The notes: generated from the letters alone by a model not told the origin. DNA of 32,000 nucleotides from Candidatus Saccharimonadota bacterium (GCA_016432445.1 CP066689.1:60001-92000), one strand, 5' to 3'. Shown: positions 1-9,278, counted from the stretch's first letter. A program made the numbers and translations.

Positions 1-654
1 AAAACTAATTCCTGTAATTACAAAAATAAAATCATTATTTTCAAAAAAAATACTTTTTCCATGAAATGAGGTCAAAGCTAAACCCATTTTTACCTCTATT
101 TCATACTTCTTTTTATCAAAAACGTTTAATGCTTCATCTTTTATAAAGTCTACCTTATTAAAACTATTTAATAGTTCTTTATCCTCATCTATAATATTTT
201 TTAGTATGTAAGTCTTTTTATCTTTAATTCTTATATAAAGCCTGTTCTTAAACAAATTATCAGATTTCGGATCTACAAACATCATATCCACAAATGACAA
301 ATATTTATTAAAGCTTTGTTTTTGATTATCGTTTAAAAATTTTGAAATAGTTCCTAAATTTTCTATATTTAAATCCTTAGTCTGCACCCAATTTTTGGGT
401 AAAATAATCGTGTAGTTATATTTCGTACTTTTATAGTAAGAACGGGTATCTTTTGATACAGCAGGCTTTTTTATGGGCGTTGGAGAAATCAGAGACCTTT
501 TACCGCTATTCGAATACTCTTCTTTTAACTTTATAGCAATAAAAATTGCTAAAACAATTAAAATTAGTAGAATAATATATTTTTTATAAGATTTTTTTTT
601 CTCTACAGAGACTATTAAATTACCTGAGTCATTAGGTAAATTTTGATCTTGCAT
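1..654 (-). CDS. hypothetical membrane-anchored protein (partial, runs off left edge)
   Basis: My own translation of the minus strand from the ATG at 654..652 stays open to position 1 (MQDQNLPNDSGNLIVSVEKKKSYKKYIILLILIVLAIFIAIKLKEE...). It has one N-terminal hydrophobic helix. It is absent from the ORF track because no stop lies in the window. No family recognised. Confidence 0.5.
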   Translation of the reverse strand, partial: MQDQNLPNDSGNLIVSVEKKKSYKKYIILLILIVLAIFIAIKLKEEYSNSGKRSLISPTPIKKPAVSKDTRSYYKSTKYNYTIILPKNWVQTKDLNIENLGTISKFLNDNQKQSFNKYLSFVDMMFVDPKSDNLFKNRLYIRIKDKKTYILKNIIDEDKELLNSFNKVDFIKDEALNVFDKKKYEIEVKMGLALTSFHGKSIFFENNDFIFVITGISF

Positions 655-705
655 ATAAAAATGATACCATAATATTCTTCAACATAGCTTTTGCTAATAT
701 TCCTT

Positions 706-1452
706 TTAGATATCTAAAGCTTTCTTTAAAACTAAGTAGATAAATTTAATATTACCAATAGTATACCTTTTCCAGAGTCTTCGCGGCTCCTGTTTTAATC
801 TATAAACCCACTCTAGCCCTATTTTTTGCATCCAAACGGGAGCTCGCGGCAAATAGCCTGAGATAACATCAAATAAAGCTCCTACAGACCAAAATACATG
901 CACATCAAGTTTCTTTAAGTTTTTATAAATCCATTTCTCCTGAGTTGTCGAACCCATTCCTACTAATAAAATCGTCGGTTTTTTGATGTTTATATTTTTT
1001 AGAATATTTTTTTCTTTCCTAAGGTTGAAATAACCATTGTGATAACCCAAAATCTTTAGTTTAGGAAATTCCTTTTTTATTTTATTAAGTGCTTTTCTAA
1101 TCGATTCCTCTTTAGCTCCGATAAAATAAAATGACCATCCTTCTTTTTCTGCGAGCGAAAATATTTTATTTATAAAATCAGGAGTAGGAGTTCTATCAAA
1201 TAAAGGATCACCTAAAATTTTTGAGGCAAAAACTGGTCCGTAACCCCCTGAATAAATCAAAGATGCCTTGTTTAAAATATTTTTGTAAGTTTCATCTTTT
1301 TGAGCCAACAGAAGACAATAAGCATTTACATAAAAAATAGTGAGCTTTTTTTTGGAAGATATAATTAAATTTTTTATGATAAAAACGATATTTTGGGGAT
1401 GAGTTGCAGCTATTGAAACACCCAAAATATTTTTTTTCGCATAAGTAAGCAT
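706..1452 (-). CDS. WecB/TagA/CpsF-family glycosyltransferase
   Basis: 248 aa, the typical length. It matches the remembered family pattern along its whole length (VNAYCLLLAQKD..., LIYSGGYGPVFASKILG, FYFIGAKEE, VGMGSTTQEKWIYKN, GALFDVISGYLPRAPVWMQKIGLEWVYRLKQEPRRLWKRY). Confidence 0.85.
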   Translation of the reverse strand: MLTYAKKNILGVSIAATHPQNIVFIIKNLIISSKKKLTIFYVNAYCLLLAQKDETYKNILNKASLIYSGGYGPVFASKILGDPLFDRTPTPDFINKIFSLAEKEGWSFYFIGAKEESIRKALNKIKKEFPKLKILGYHNGYFNLRKEKNILKNINIKKPTILLVGMGSTTQEKWIYKNLKKLDVHVFWSVGALFDVISGYLPRAPVWMQKIGLEWVYRLKQEPRRLWKRYTIGNIKFIYLVLKKALDI

Positions 1453-1476
1453 AAGGAATCAGAAAAGTATATCATA

Positions 1477-1974
1477 TTATTTTATAGATGAAGAAGGCGA
1501 AGCGTTTTTATCTTCTAGTATATTTACGCTATAAAGATTCCAAGTTTTCTTTTTGAAATTAAAGCTAACATTTAAATCAATATTTTGTCCTTTTTTTAGT
1601 GCATTTAAATTTGAAGTCATTTTTTTACCATTGCTACTTAAAGTTATCTTTGTTGATTTTTCAACTATAAAAGTAGGGATTTCATCATCTTTAAAATCGG
1701 TAACCAGTTCTTGACCTTTAGAGTCTTTCTTAATATCGTTTATAACCACTCGGATAACATAAGTTATGTAGGTGGAACGAACTGCCTGATTATTTATATT
1801 TATTGAAGGAAGAACTACATTATTTGAGTCAGGATTCACTATCTTTGTTGGAGAAATAGAGATTTGTTCTGTTGTTGATTTAGACACTCCTGCCTTTCCA
1901 AAATAGATAAAAAGTTCAACCAAAATAATAATAACTAAAAATATTAAGGGAATTAAAAGAAATGATCTATTCAT
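1477..1974 (-). CDS. hypothetical protein with N-terminal transmembrane anchor
   Basis: 165-aa ORF with N-terminal hydrophobic segment LLIPLIFLVIIILVELFIYF. No recognisable domain. Confidence 0.45.
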   Translation of the reverse strand: MNRSFLLIPLIFLVIIILVELFIYFGKAGVSKSTTEQISISPTKIVNPDSNNVVLPSININNQAVRSTYITYVIRVVINDIKKDSKGQELVTDFKDDEIPTFIVEKSTKITLSSNGKKMTSNLNALKKGQNIDLNVSFNFKKKTWNLYSVNILEDKNASPSSSIK

Positions 1975-2013
1975 TTAAAAAAGTATGGCATATTTTCAAT
2001 TTTTTGTCAAACT

Positions 2014-3663
2014 CTACTCCTTCCTCTCAAAATAAGCATTTAGGATTTCCTTAGCAATTGGTGCAGCTATATCTGATCCTTGACCGCCTTCTTCAACTAA
2101 AACCGTTAATACTATCTCCGGATTTTCAGCCGGAGCAAATACAGTAAACCATGCATGAGGTTCTTTTGATAAAGCATGAGATTCAGCTGTACCGGTCTTG
2201 CAGGCGACGGGCGTCTCTACCATCTCGCCTTTGGAATTTGGAGCTTTGTAATTAAATAATGGCCAGCCAGTTCCGCCTGGAGTGCACGCTTGAATCATGC
2301 CTTGTTTGATGATATCCAATGTTTTTTTGGAAAGAGGTAATCTGTGGCAATTAGTTTTTTCATCCGTGTTTTTCAAAATTTGGGGTTTACACAAAGTACC
2401 TTTATTGGCAATCGCCTCAACCGCCAAGGCCATCTGAAGAGGCGTTACTAAAATATATCCTTGGCCAATGGATAAGTTATAAGTATCACCTAAATACCAC
2501 TGTTCTTTAAGTACATCTTCTTTCCAAAACGCCGAAGGGATTAAACCTTCTGATTCCTCAAACTCAATGCCTGTTTTTTTTCCTAGTCCAAATTTTTCCG
2601 CCCACGATTTTATAAGATCACTGCCAACTTTTTCGCCTACTTTGTAAAAGTAAATATCATTTGAGCGCGCAAGAGCTTTGACTACATTAAGCAATCCCTC
2701 TGTTTTTCCCCTTTCAAGGTAATACCAGTTACCAAACTCTATTGGTCCGGCTTTTATTTTCCCTGTATCCTCAATCATTGTTGCCTCGTCAATCTTTTTT
2801 TCCTCAAGGGCCGCTGCCGCCAAAACAAGTTTGAAAATTGAACCGGGAGGATAAGTCCCTTCTGTCGCCCTATTAAAAAGAGGTTTATCTTTATTATTAA
2901 TATATGCCTTTACTGACTCATTGTTTCCATCCTCAAAATCCTGAGGATTAAATGACGGCCAGGCTGCTAAAACCAGCACCTCTCCTGTTTGCGGTTTTAA
3001 TCCAACTACCGCCACTTTTTTATCCTTAACCTCAAATTTATCGTTATTGATAATTTCATAAGCTTTCTTCTGAAGCAGGCTGTCAAGCGACAGTTTTATG
3101 GTTTTACCATCTTCAGGCGCAATTACATTTAAAGTTTTTAATATTTTACCGCCAGCATCAACCTCAACCAATTTTTTCCCATTTTTGCCTCTTAACTCGC
3201 AGTCATAAATTTTTTCAATACTTTTTTTGCCCACTTTGTCACCTAAAGTCAGTTTGTTTAAACAAGGGTCAGATTTAATATCTTTCTCATCGGCAGTCTG
3301 CCGATAACCAACAAATGGAGCAATAATCTCTGGATCTTGATAAATACGAATTGATTTAAGGCGATCACCTTCCCCATGTAGGTCGGCCGCATAGTTTTGT
3401 GATAAAACCACACCTCGTCTGTCAACCAACATGCCTCGCTTAGGTTCAATAATCACTTCACGGATTCTATTACCCTCAGCTGCTCGTTTATAATATTCAC
3501 CTTTGACTACTGTTAAATGGAAAAGACGAAGCAGTAAAACAATAAAGAAAATTATTACGCCTCCAAAGTAAAGATATAAGAAAAAAGAAGAACCAAGTTT
3601 CTGCTCTTCCTGAAAATCCATCCCCCCCTGATGACCTTTTTTTATATACGGTATCTTATGCAT
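2014..3663 (-). CDS. mrdA: penicillin-binding protein 2 / class B transpeptidase
   Basis: N-terminal TM helix followed by VKGEYYKRAAEGNRIR. Has the transpeptidase motifs SxxK (GSIFK), SxN (SND) and KTG(T) (CKTGTAE). The start could instead be the internal Met at MDFQEE. Confidence 0.85.
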   Translation of the reverse strand: MHKIPYIKKGHQGGMDFQEEQKLGSSFFLYLYFGGVIIFFIVLLLRLFHLTVVKGEYYKRAAEGNRIREVIIEPKRGMLVDRRGVVLSQNYAADLHGEGDRLKSIRIYQDPEIIAPFVGYRQTADEKDIKSDPCLNKLTLGDKVGKKSIEKIYDCELRGKNGKKLVEVDAGGKILKTLNVIAPEDGKTIKLSLDSLLQKKAYEIINNDKFEVKDKKVAVVGLKPQTGEVLVLAAWPSFNPQDFEDGNNESVKAYINNKDKPLFNRATEGTYPPGSIFKLVLAAAALEEKKIDEATMIEDTGKIKAGPIEFGNWYYLERGKTEGLLNVVKALARSNDIYFYKVGEKVGSDLIKSWAEKFGLGKKTGIEFEESEGLIPSAFWKEDVLKEQWYLGDTYNLSIGQGYILVTPLQMALAVEAIANKGTLCKPQILKNTDEKTNCHRLPLSKKTLDIIKQGMIQACTPGGTGWPLFNYKAPNSKGEMVETPVACKTGTAESHALSKEPHAWFTVFAPAENPEIVLTVLVEEGGQGSDIAAPIAKEILNAYFERKE

Positions 3664-3667
3664 TTAA

Positions 3668-3762
3668 TCTAAATGTCAAAATCCAAATTTCAAATGTCAA
3701 ATATTTTTTAGAATTTAAGATTTTGGATTTGACCTGACATTTGAGCTTTGACATTTGGATTT
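3668..3762. repeat. heptamer-repeat hairpin element (AAATGTC / GACATTT word family)
   Basis: Left arm is aaatgtc|aaaatcc|aaatttc|aaatgtc|aaatatt (3671-3705). Inverted right arm is tttggat|ttgacct|gacattt|gagcttt|gacattt|ggattt. Lies between the VirB4-like stop and the PBP2 start. Confidence 0.8.
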
Positions 3763-3771
3763 ATCGTGTGT

Positions 3772-5526
3772 TTATTCTATCAAACTTTTTTCCTCCTCAG
3801 AAGCAATGACTTTAAATCCAACGTGAGACTGACCGGCAAAAAATAATCCTTCTCCAACCCCAGCCGATAACAAGAAATGCTTTTCTCCGCCTGTCAGGTA
3901 AAATGTTTCGGTGATCTTATCAACCGCCGCAGTTGACTGCTTTAGAATAATCTGCAAACTGGAATTAGTGATAATAGCTTTTCCTTCCTGCGTTGACAGA
4001 AAATCTTCAACGTCTTGAGTAATTGTAGTTAACCCCAGCAAATATTTGCGGGCGCGCTTGGCAAAATTAAAAAGATAATTGCCTGAGTCTTTATGTTTGA
4101 TTAAATACCACGCCTCATCAACAATTAAAACTCTTTTTTTCTTTTCACGCCTTACCTTATTCCAGATGTAATCTAAAACAACGTACATGGCCACCGGCCT
4201 TAAGTTTTCCTCCAAATCCCTAATACCAAAAACCGTAAATGGATTTTTAATATCAAAGTTTGATTGCTGATTAAAAATGCCTGAAGCTGAACCTTTAACG
4301 AATTTCTCCAGCCGGTCGCCCAGTTCTTTTGATTCTGGTGTTTCCATCCCCAATAATACTTTATAAAGATCCTCTAGAAGCGGCGGCTGCGTTTTAAAAG
4401 TCTCAGGATCCTGAGTGATGCCTTTTTGGCGGTAGGTCAAGACCAATGCCCGATCAAGAAGAGCATCCTGGGCCGGGACCAAATCACCCATAATTACCCT
4501 CATTAATGAATGCAGATTTAAGATTTTATTCTGCAGTTCATCAGGCTCAGGATCAGCGGTTGCTAAATCAAAAGGATTAATTTTATACTGAGATGCCCCT
4601 GAAAATTCTACAAACTCTCCACCCATTGAACCTGTTAATTTTTTATACTCATTCTCAGGGTCAATGATCATCACATCAGTACCCATCATCAGCAGTCTTG
4701 ACGACTCAAGTTTGACTAAAAAGCTTTTCCCTCCTCCTGATTTTCCTAAAATAACTGAGTTGGCATTCTCAAGAGTAAACCGGTCAAAGATAATAAGTGA
4801 TCCGTCATGCTGATTTAATCCATACATAATTCCTTCGTTTTTTGTAAGAGATGCCGTTGAAAAAGGAAAAGTCGTAGCTAAAGATGTTGTGTCCATATTG
4901 CGCCACACTGAAAGTTTGTCATAAAACATAGGTAAGGTTGATTTAAATCCTTCTTCCATCTGCAAAGTTGCTTGTTTAGCAATAATAAGAAGTGAGGCTA
5001 AACTTGAGTCAATCTGTTTGCTTAACTGATTTAACTCATCAAGACTATCAGCCGGAATTGTGATATAAAGTCCAAACTGAAAAAATCTTTCCGCTCCTTT
5101 GGCAAGTTCAGCCTGCAAGGCTAAAGCATCATCAAGGGCTACCTGTACTGTCGGGTCAACTACCTTCCCCGCCTTCATATCAGTTTCAATAGTCGCTTCC
5201 ATCTCGGCAATCTTGCGTTTCAAATCTTCAAGTACTGTTTTCGATTCGGTTGGATAAATATACATTGAGATATAAAGAGGATGATCAAAAGTAATAAGAG
5301 AATAAAGCCAGTTGGCTGAAACATAACGGGGGTAGCCTACGACATACAAAGTTTTGTAATATTTATCATCAATTTTAAGGTAGTTGAAATCAACTTCAAT
5401 AAAAGAAGGCGCAATAATATCTTTGATACTGACTGATCCTTTAGCCACTACCTCGGCCACGCTTTGAGATCCGCCCGCAACAGCCGAACCATTTGATTTT
5501 GTTTTTGGTTTAAATAAACCTAGCAT
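3772..5526 (-). CDS. VirB4/TrbE-like type IV secretion ATPase
   Basis: Walker A GKSGGGKSF and Walker B VLIVDEAW. N-terminal region is typical of the VirB4 family (YYKTLYVVGYPRYVSANWL). The track start at 5553 is a TTG inside the repeat element; the ATG at 5526 (MLGLFKPK) is preferred. Confidence 0.8.
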   Translation of the reverse strand: MLGLFKPKTKSNGSAVAGGSQSVAEVVAKGSVSIKDIIAPSFIEVDFNYLKIDDKYYKTLYVVGYPRYVSANWLYSLITFDHPLYISMYIYPTESKTVLEDLKRKIAEMEATIETDMKAGKVVDPTVQVALDDALALQAELAKGAERFFQFGLYITIPADSLDELNQLSKQIDSSLASLLIIAKQATLQMEEGFKSTLPMFYDKLSVWRNMDTTSLATTFPFSTASLTKNEGIMYGLNQHDGSLIIFDRFTLENANSVILGKSGGGKSFLVKLESSRLLMMGTDVMIIDPENEYKKLTGSMGGEFVEFSGASQYKINPFDLATADPEPDELQNKILNLHSLMRVIMGDLVPAQDALLDRALVLTYRQKGITQDPETFKTQPPLLEDLYKVLLGMETPESKELGDRLEKFVKGSASGIFNQQSNFDIKNPFTVFGIRDLEENLRPVAMYVVLDYIWNKVRREKKKRVLIVDEAWYLIKHKDSGNYLFNFAKRARKYLLGLTTITQDVEDFLSTQEGKAIITNSSLQIILKQSTAAVDKITETFYLTGGEKHFLLSAGVGEGLFFAGQSHVGFKVIASEEEKSLIE

Positions 5527-5530
5527 AATT

Positions 5531-5654
5531 AAATTTAAAAATCCAAATGTCAAAGCTTAAATGTCAAACCTGCCTGCCGGCAGGCAGGTCAAATCCAAAA
5601 TCTTAAATCCTAGAAAATGTTTGACATTTGAAATTTGGATTTTGACATTTAGAA
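5531..5654. repeat. heptamer-repeat hairpin element with central 22-nt GC palindrome
   Basis: AAATCCA/AAATGTC words, then acctgcctgccggcaggcaggt (5568-5589), then inverted TTTGACA/TTTGGAT words. Its last 22 nt (5633-5654) are identical to 13899-13920. Confidence 0.8.
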
Positions 5655-5656
5655 CT

Positions 5657-6313
5657 TTAACCATTAGTTAATATTGTATCGGTATAACTCTCAACCGGTG
5701 CTAACTGTTTCCCAGTTGCAGAGATATTGTAAAGATTATAAAAAAGGTCAGTAAGTTCTTGTTTCTGCAATACTGTCGCTCTTAAACCAACCTTAGCCAA
5801 AAGCCTTAAAAGGTGATCACGTTTTGGATAAAGTGATGTTTTAGCACGACTAATCACATACTCTTTATTTAATCCTTTGGTATTAACTCCTGATACTCCC
5901 ATCTCCAAAGGCGAGAAAGGAACTGCAAAAAAAAATCTTTTTTCTAAAACCGTGTTTTTTTTAACTACATTTTTAATAAATTCCTGATAGCTTAATAGTC
6001 TTTGTTTCATAAGATCATTATGCGAAGTATTAATCTTTCCCTGCAGATAATCTATGTAAGATGAAACATCCATGCGCTTGGAAAGAATCAATATCTCAAC
6101 CGGAAATGAGAGAGAATTTAAAAGACTGGCATAAGAATAAATCATTGAAGCCTGCTCTTCTTGAGACAAGAGCCAGAAGTTTACTGCCCCAACCTCAATA
6201 ACAATTACTGCTGAAGAATCTTTCAAAAGCAAAATATCATCTTTAATCTCTTCTATCTCAATAAAATACTGTGTCGTTGACTTTACCGGTGATGTGGGCT
6301 TTTGTACTGGCAT
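5657..6313 (-). CDS. hypothetical protein, T4SS-cluster associated
   Basis: 218-aa ORF between the PrgI-like and VirB4-like genes on the same strand. No catalytic motif recognised. Confidence 0.5.
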   Translation of the reverse strand: MPVQKPTSPVKSTTQYFIEIEEIKDDILLLKDSSAVIVIEVGAVNFWLLSQEEQASMIYSYASLLNSLSFPVEILILSKRMDVSSYIDYLQGKINTSHNDLMKQRLLSYQEFIKNVVKKNTVLEKRFFFAVPFSPLEMGVSGVNTKGLNKEYVISRAKTSLYPKRDHLLRLLAKVGLRATVLQKQELTDLFYNLYNISATGKQLAPVESYTDTILTNG

Positions 6314-6319
6314 CTTTTT

Positions 6320-6386
6320 ATGATTTATGATTCACGATTTAAGATTCATGAATATTCTTGAATCCTGAATCATGAATCTTGAATCA
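6320..6386. repeat. heptamer-repeat hairpin element (GATTCA / TGAATC word family)
   Basis: Reads tgattta|tgattca|cgattta|agattca|tgaatat|tcttgaa|tcctgaa|tcatgaa|tcttgaa|tca, a perfect 7-nt phase. The two halves are reverse-complementary. Confidence 0.85.
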
Positions 6387-6394
6387 ATTTTGTT

Positions 6395-7297
6395 TTATAA
6401 CATTTCTTTCGAATAAAACTCAAAAGGATTGGGATTGTTTTCCTCAACCTTCAATTTCATTGTATCAAAAAAGTAACCGCCTTTTGGATCTTTTAGTTCA
6501 AATAAATACTCGCCTTCAGGCAGATTGTTATAGGTTGCAAAAACTCCGTGAGGATTAGTTTTTAATAATCTTAAAGTCTCGTTACTACCACCTTTTACAT
6601 AAATTAAAATACCGGGAAGCGGAATCTTTTTATTGTTTTTAACCAAACCAATAAAGAATGGCTGTTTGGGTTGACTCGAAGATACAGCCGGTACTGAAAG
6701 CGGCGTAGCATTAATAGTAGAGGCCGCCTGAGCCACAACAGGATTATCAGTTCTGGGTTGTGAGTTGTGAGTTGTGGGTTGTGAATTTTGTGTTGACTCA
6801 GAACCCACAACCCTTGACCCAGAACTATTTTGTAATTGATTCGTCGCTGTCTGCAATAATGTCTGCACTTGCTGTTTGTTATCGTTTGATGCTTGCTGGG
6901 GAGTTGAGCTAACAAGATATGCTGCTAGTTTTTCTTTGGACTCAATATGCGATATTATTTTATGAGGGTCTGAAACAAAATATAGATTTTGTAGAAAATA
7001 AAGAGGCTGATTATGTTTGTGATAAACATATTGAGTTGGAGATGTAAGTCTTTTTATAAGATTTTTAATCCAAACATCAAGAGGCCGATCATTTATCGGC
7101 ACCAAAGCTAAAGCTGCACCAAACAGTACAAAAATTACTCCTAAAATGATATTTAAATAAGGTATCGGAAAAATCATCCAGATAATAAAACCCACAGGAC
7201 CAAATACCAAAAAATACAAAAACTGCTTTAAGGTCATAAACCCAATTAGCTTAAACTCAAATGTAGTTATCTGACGAGGAACTGGATGCTGCTCCAT
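6395..7297 (-). CDS. PrgI-family-like membrane protein with C-terminal carboxypeptidase-regulatory-like beta domain
   Basis: The N-terminus MEQHPVPRQITTFEFKLIGFMTLKQF plus two TM helices matches my memory of PrgI-family proteins encoded next to VirB4. The C-terminus (GILIYVKGGSNETLRLLKTNPHGVFATYNNLPEGEYLFEL) looks like a CarboxypepD_reg fold. The start is moved to the ATG at 7297. Confidence 0.6.
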   Translation of the reverse strand: MEQHPVPRQITTFEFKLIGFMTLKQFLYFLVFGPVGFIIWMIFPIPYLNIILGVIFVLFGAALALVPINDRPLDVWIKNLIKRLTSPTQYVYHKHNQPLYFLQNLYFVSDPHKIISHIESKEKLAAYLVSSTPQQASNDNKQQVQTLLQTATNQLQNSSGSRVVGSESTQNSQPTTHNSQPRTDNPVVAQAASTINATPLSVPAVSSSQPKQPFFIGLVKNNKKIPLPGILIYVKGGSNETLRLLKTNPHGVFATYNNLPEGEYLFELKDPKGGYFFDTMKLKVEENNPNPFEFYSKEML

Positions 7298-7328
7298 GTA
7301 TTCAGTATATAATATGTAGCACAATATT

Positions 7329-7412
7329 TGATTTATGATTCAAGATTCAAGATTCACGAATAAAAATTAATAAACAAATAATGAAATTTCATGAATCATG
7401 AATCGTGAATCA
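7329..7412. repeat. heptamer-repeat hairpin element (GATTCA / TGAATC word family)
   Basis: Left arm tgattta|tgattca|agattca|agattca|cgaataa; right arm tcatgaa|tcatgaa|tcgtgaa|tca. The right-arm 24-mer at 7389-7412 recurs exactly at 17041-17064. Confidence 0.85.
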
Positions 7413-7419
7413 AGGCAGA

Positions 7420-8490
7420 TTATCTATATGTGATGGGTTTCTCTGTTTGAGGCAAGATCAAACTCATTCTTCTTTCTTTCTTATTTATTCTTTCAATGAA
7501 TGCTTTTACTTTTTGTCCAACCTTAAAATCTTCTTTGCCTGAAAGTTTGCTTATGTGTATGAGTCCTTCAATTCCCGGTTCCAACCGGACAAAATATCCA
7601 TAACGTTCGCTTCTTACAACTTCTCCCTCAACCTCTTTATCTTTTGGATATTTATCTTCAATATTATCCCAAGGATCAGAGATTAATCTTTTTAAGGAAA
7701 GATTCAGTTTAAGGTCAGTTTCATTTTTTTCAACTACCAAAACATCAATCGTATCGCCAGAATTGGCATATAAAGTAGCATCGCTTACTTTTTCCCATGA
7801 GATTTCTGAGATGTGAACCAATCCTTCAACACCCTCAACCTCACAAAAGATTCCAAACTCCGATACTCCCAAAACCTTAGCTTTATACTTTCCTCCAACC
7901 TTAATCTCATCAAATCTCTGCTTCATCTCTTTTTGTGAGATATTTAAGGCCGAAGCCTTCTGAGAAACAACTAAACGGTTTTTTTCCTGATCAACTTCCA
8001 ATACCTTAACTTTTATTTTTTGTCCGGAAAGTTTTTCCGGATTTTGTCGATATTCCTCTGTTAGTTGAATTTTAGGAATCACTCCTCTTACTCCCATAAA
8101 ATCTACAAAAACTCCGCCTTTACCATACTCTCCGCAGATAACTTCTATCTCCTCTTCATTTTCTTTTTTGCGGCGGATAATATCCCATTTTCCTTTTTCA
8201 AAAAATTTCTGCATAGATACAACCGGGAAGCCTTCTCTTGATTCCTCAGAGATTATCTTAACTCTAATCGTATCACCAACCTTAAGATAAGGGAGATAAG
8301 TAGATATCTCTTTAAGTTCTTTATCTCCCAAAACTGCGTAAGCTTTAGCGCCGACATCAAAAAGAACATTTTTTCGCGATAATGAAATAATCTTGGCTTC
8401 TATTTCTTGTCCTTTTTTAATTTTTGCAGGCTGAACTTTTTTAAGCAGTTGCTCCATTAAATCAGCAGTTGTCTTTGTTTTTTTTACCAT
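7420..8490 (-). CDS. rpsA: 30S ribosomal protein S1 (four S1 domains)
   Basis: 356 aa with repeated S1/OB motifs (G.I..V...G.FV....G..G..HISE): GVFVDFMGVRGVIP, FGIFCEVEGVEGLVHISEIS, YGYFVRLEPGIEGLIHISKLS. Confidence 0.85.
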   Translation of the reverse strand: MVKKTKTTADLMEQLLKKVQPAKIKKGQEIEAKIISLSRKNVLFDVGAKAYAVLGDKELKEISTYLPYLKVGDTIRVKIISEESREGFPVVSMQKFFEKGKWDIIRRKKENEEEIEVICGEYGKGGVFVDFMGVRGVIPKIQLTEEYRQNPEKLSGQKIKVKVLEVDQEKNRLVVSQKASALNISQKEMKQRFDEIKVGGKYKAKVLGVSEFGIFCEVEGVEGLVHISEISWEKVSDATLYANSGDTIDVLVVEKNETDLKLNLSLKRLISDPWDNIEDKYPKDKEVEGEVVRSERYGYFVRLEPGIEGLIHISKLSGKEDFKVGQKVKAFIERINKKERRMSLILPQTEKPITYR

Positions 8491-8556
8491 CTATTACGAT
8501 ATCCTTTCCTTGTCCCGCGTATCCCGACTTAGTCGGGAGAAGTGGGAAGATTTTAT

Positions 8557-8585
8557 ACTATACCAAATAGCAGTTAAAAAAACAA
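8557..8585 (-). promoter_or_regulatory. candidate sigma70-type promoter of rpsA
   Basis: On the minus strand: TTGTTT, 17 nt, TATAGT, with a TGG extended -10. Followed by a leader hairpin (tcccgac tta gtcggga, 8522-8538) and an AAGGAAAGGA Shine-Dalgarno. Confidence 0.45.
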
Positions 8586-8712
8586 GAGAATTGTTCACAG
8601 CTTGTCGTTCACGGTTCACAGCAATAGAGCGAAAATGTTTGTTTCGAGCAATCGCTTGGGTCCCCTCTCAGGGTGAAGCGGCGAGAAACAAATATTGAGC
8701 GAAATTTGTGAA

Positions 8713-9249
8713 CTAGAGAGATTTAAGTTCCTCTTTTATCTTTTGGTTATTTTGTAAAATAATCCGAATCTGTTCAATCTCATCCTGTGAAGCCTCTTTT
8801 AAAAATGTGCTTATTACCTCTTCGTGTTTTTCATTACTGAGTTTTAGTTTTAAGATCATCTCATCTTGCGGTTTGACTCCTTGTTTTTTGGAGTTGGAAA
8901 GAAGCTCGGGTATTTTTAAAAAATATTTTTCTCCTTTAGAAAGTGTGTTTATAGCTAACTGACTTTTACCTTTTTTTGCAAGAAGCTGAGACATAAACAT
9001 TCGTTTATCTGATAAAAGATTATATAGTTCTGCTTTTCTTATGTTATCACGTGTGATAAACTCTTGAATTTTATCACGAGCCGCTTTTATCATATATAAA
9101 GGATTATCAGGCAGTATGCCCGGATAAGGAAGATCATAAGCAACTTTTTGTCCTGAGGTAGTGGATATTTGAGAGTTAGAACTTAAAAAAGGAAAAGCGA
9201 AAATAGCGCCAGCCAACAATGTGAAAGAAAGCAAAAACGATTTACCCAT
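8713..9249 (-). CDS. hypothetical secreted protein (possibly DUF5667-like)
   Basis: Signal-peptide-like N-terminus (FLLSFTLLAGAIFAFPFLS). The LPDNPLYMIKAARDKIQEF motif resembles a CPR-common domain as I remember it. Weak assignment. Confidence 0.45.
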   Translation of the reverse strand: MGKSFLLSFTLLAGAIFAFPFLSSNSQISTTSGQKVAYDLPYPGILPDNPLYMIKAARDKIQEFITRDNIRKAELYNLLSDKRMFMSQLLAKKGKSQLAINTLSKGEKYFLKIPELLSNSKKQGVKPQDEMILKLKLSNEKHEEVISTFLKEASQDEIEQIRIILQNNQKIKEELKSL

Positions 9250-9278
9250 GTAATTTACATTATATAATAATTTGTAAC

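Noticed and set aside
3258-3449. Other short track ORFs that overlap much longer, well-supported genes. The span given is one representative. The full list is 3258..3449, 6604..6915, 11663..11854, 13360..13677, 18167..18364, 18458..18799, 18962..19168, 19999..20187, 20504..20734, 21382..21594, 22842..23111, 25712..25900, 28140..28328, 28177..28395, 28196..28417, 29701..29961 and 30133..30357.
   Set aside because: Most lie wholly inside the longer gene; a few extend into an adjacent spacer. None shows a recognisable domain or an independent start signal.
8510-8698. 62-aa plus-strand ORF between rpsA and the upstream gene.
   Set aside because: It spans the rpsA promoter and leader hairpin and a GC-rich inverted-repeat region. 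It has no SD, and its composition is driven by the structured or repeat DNA.
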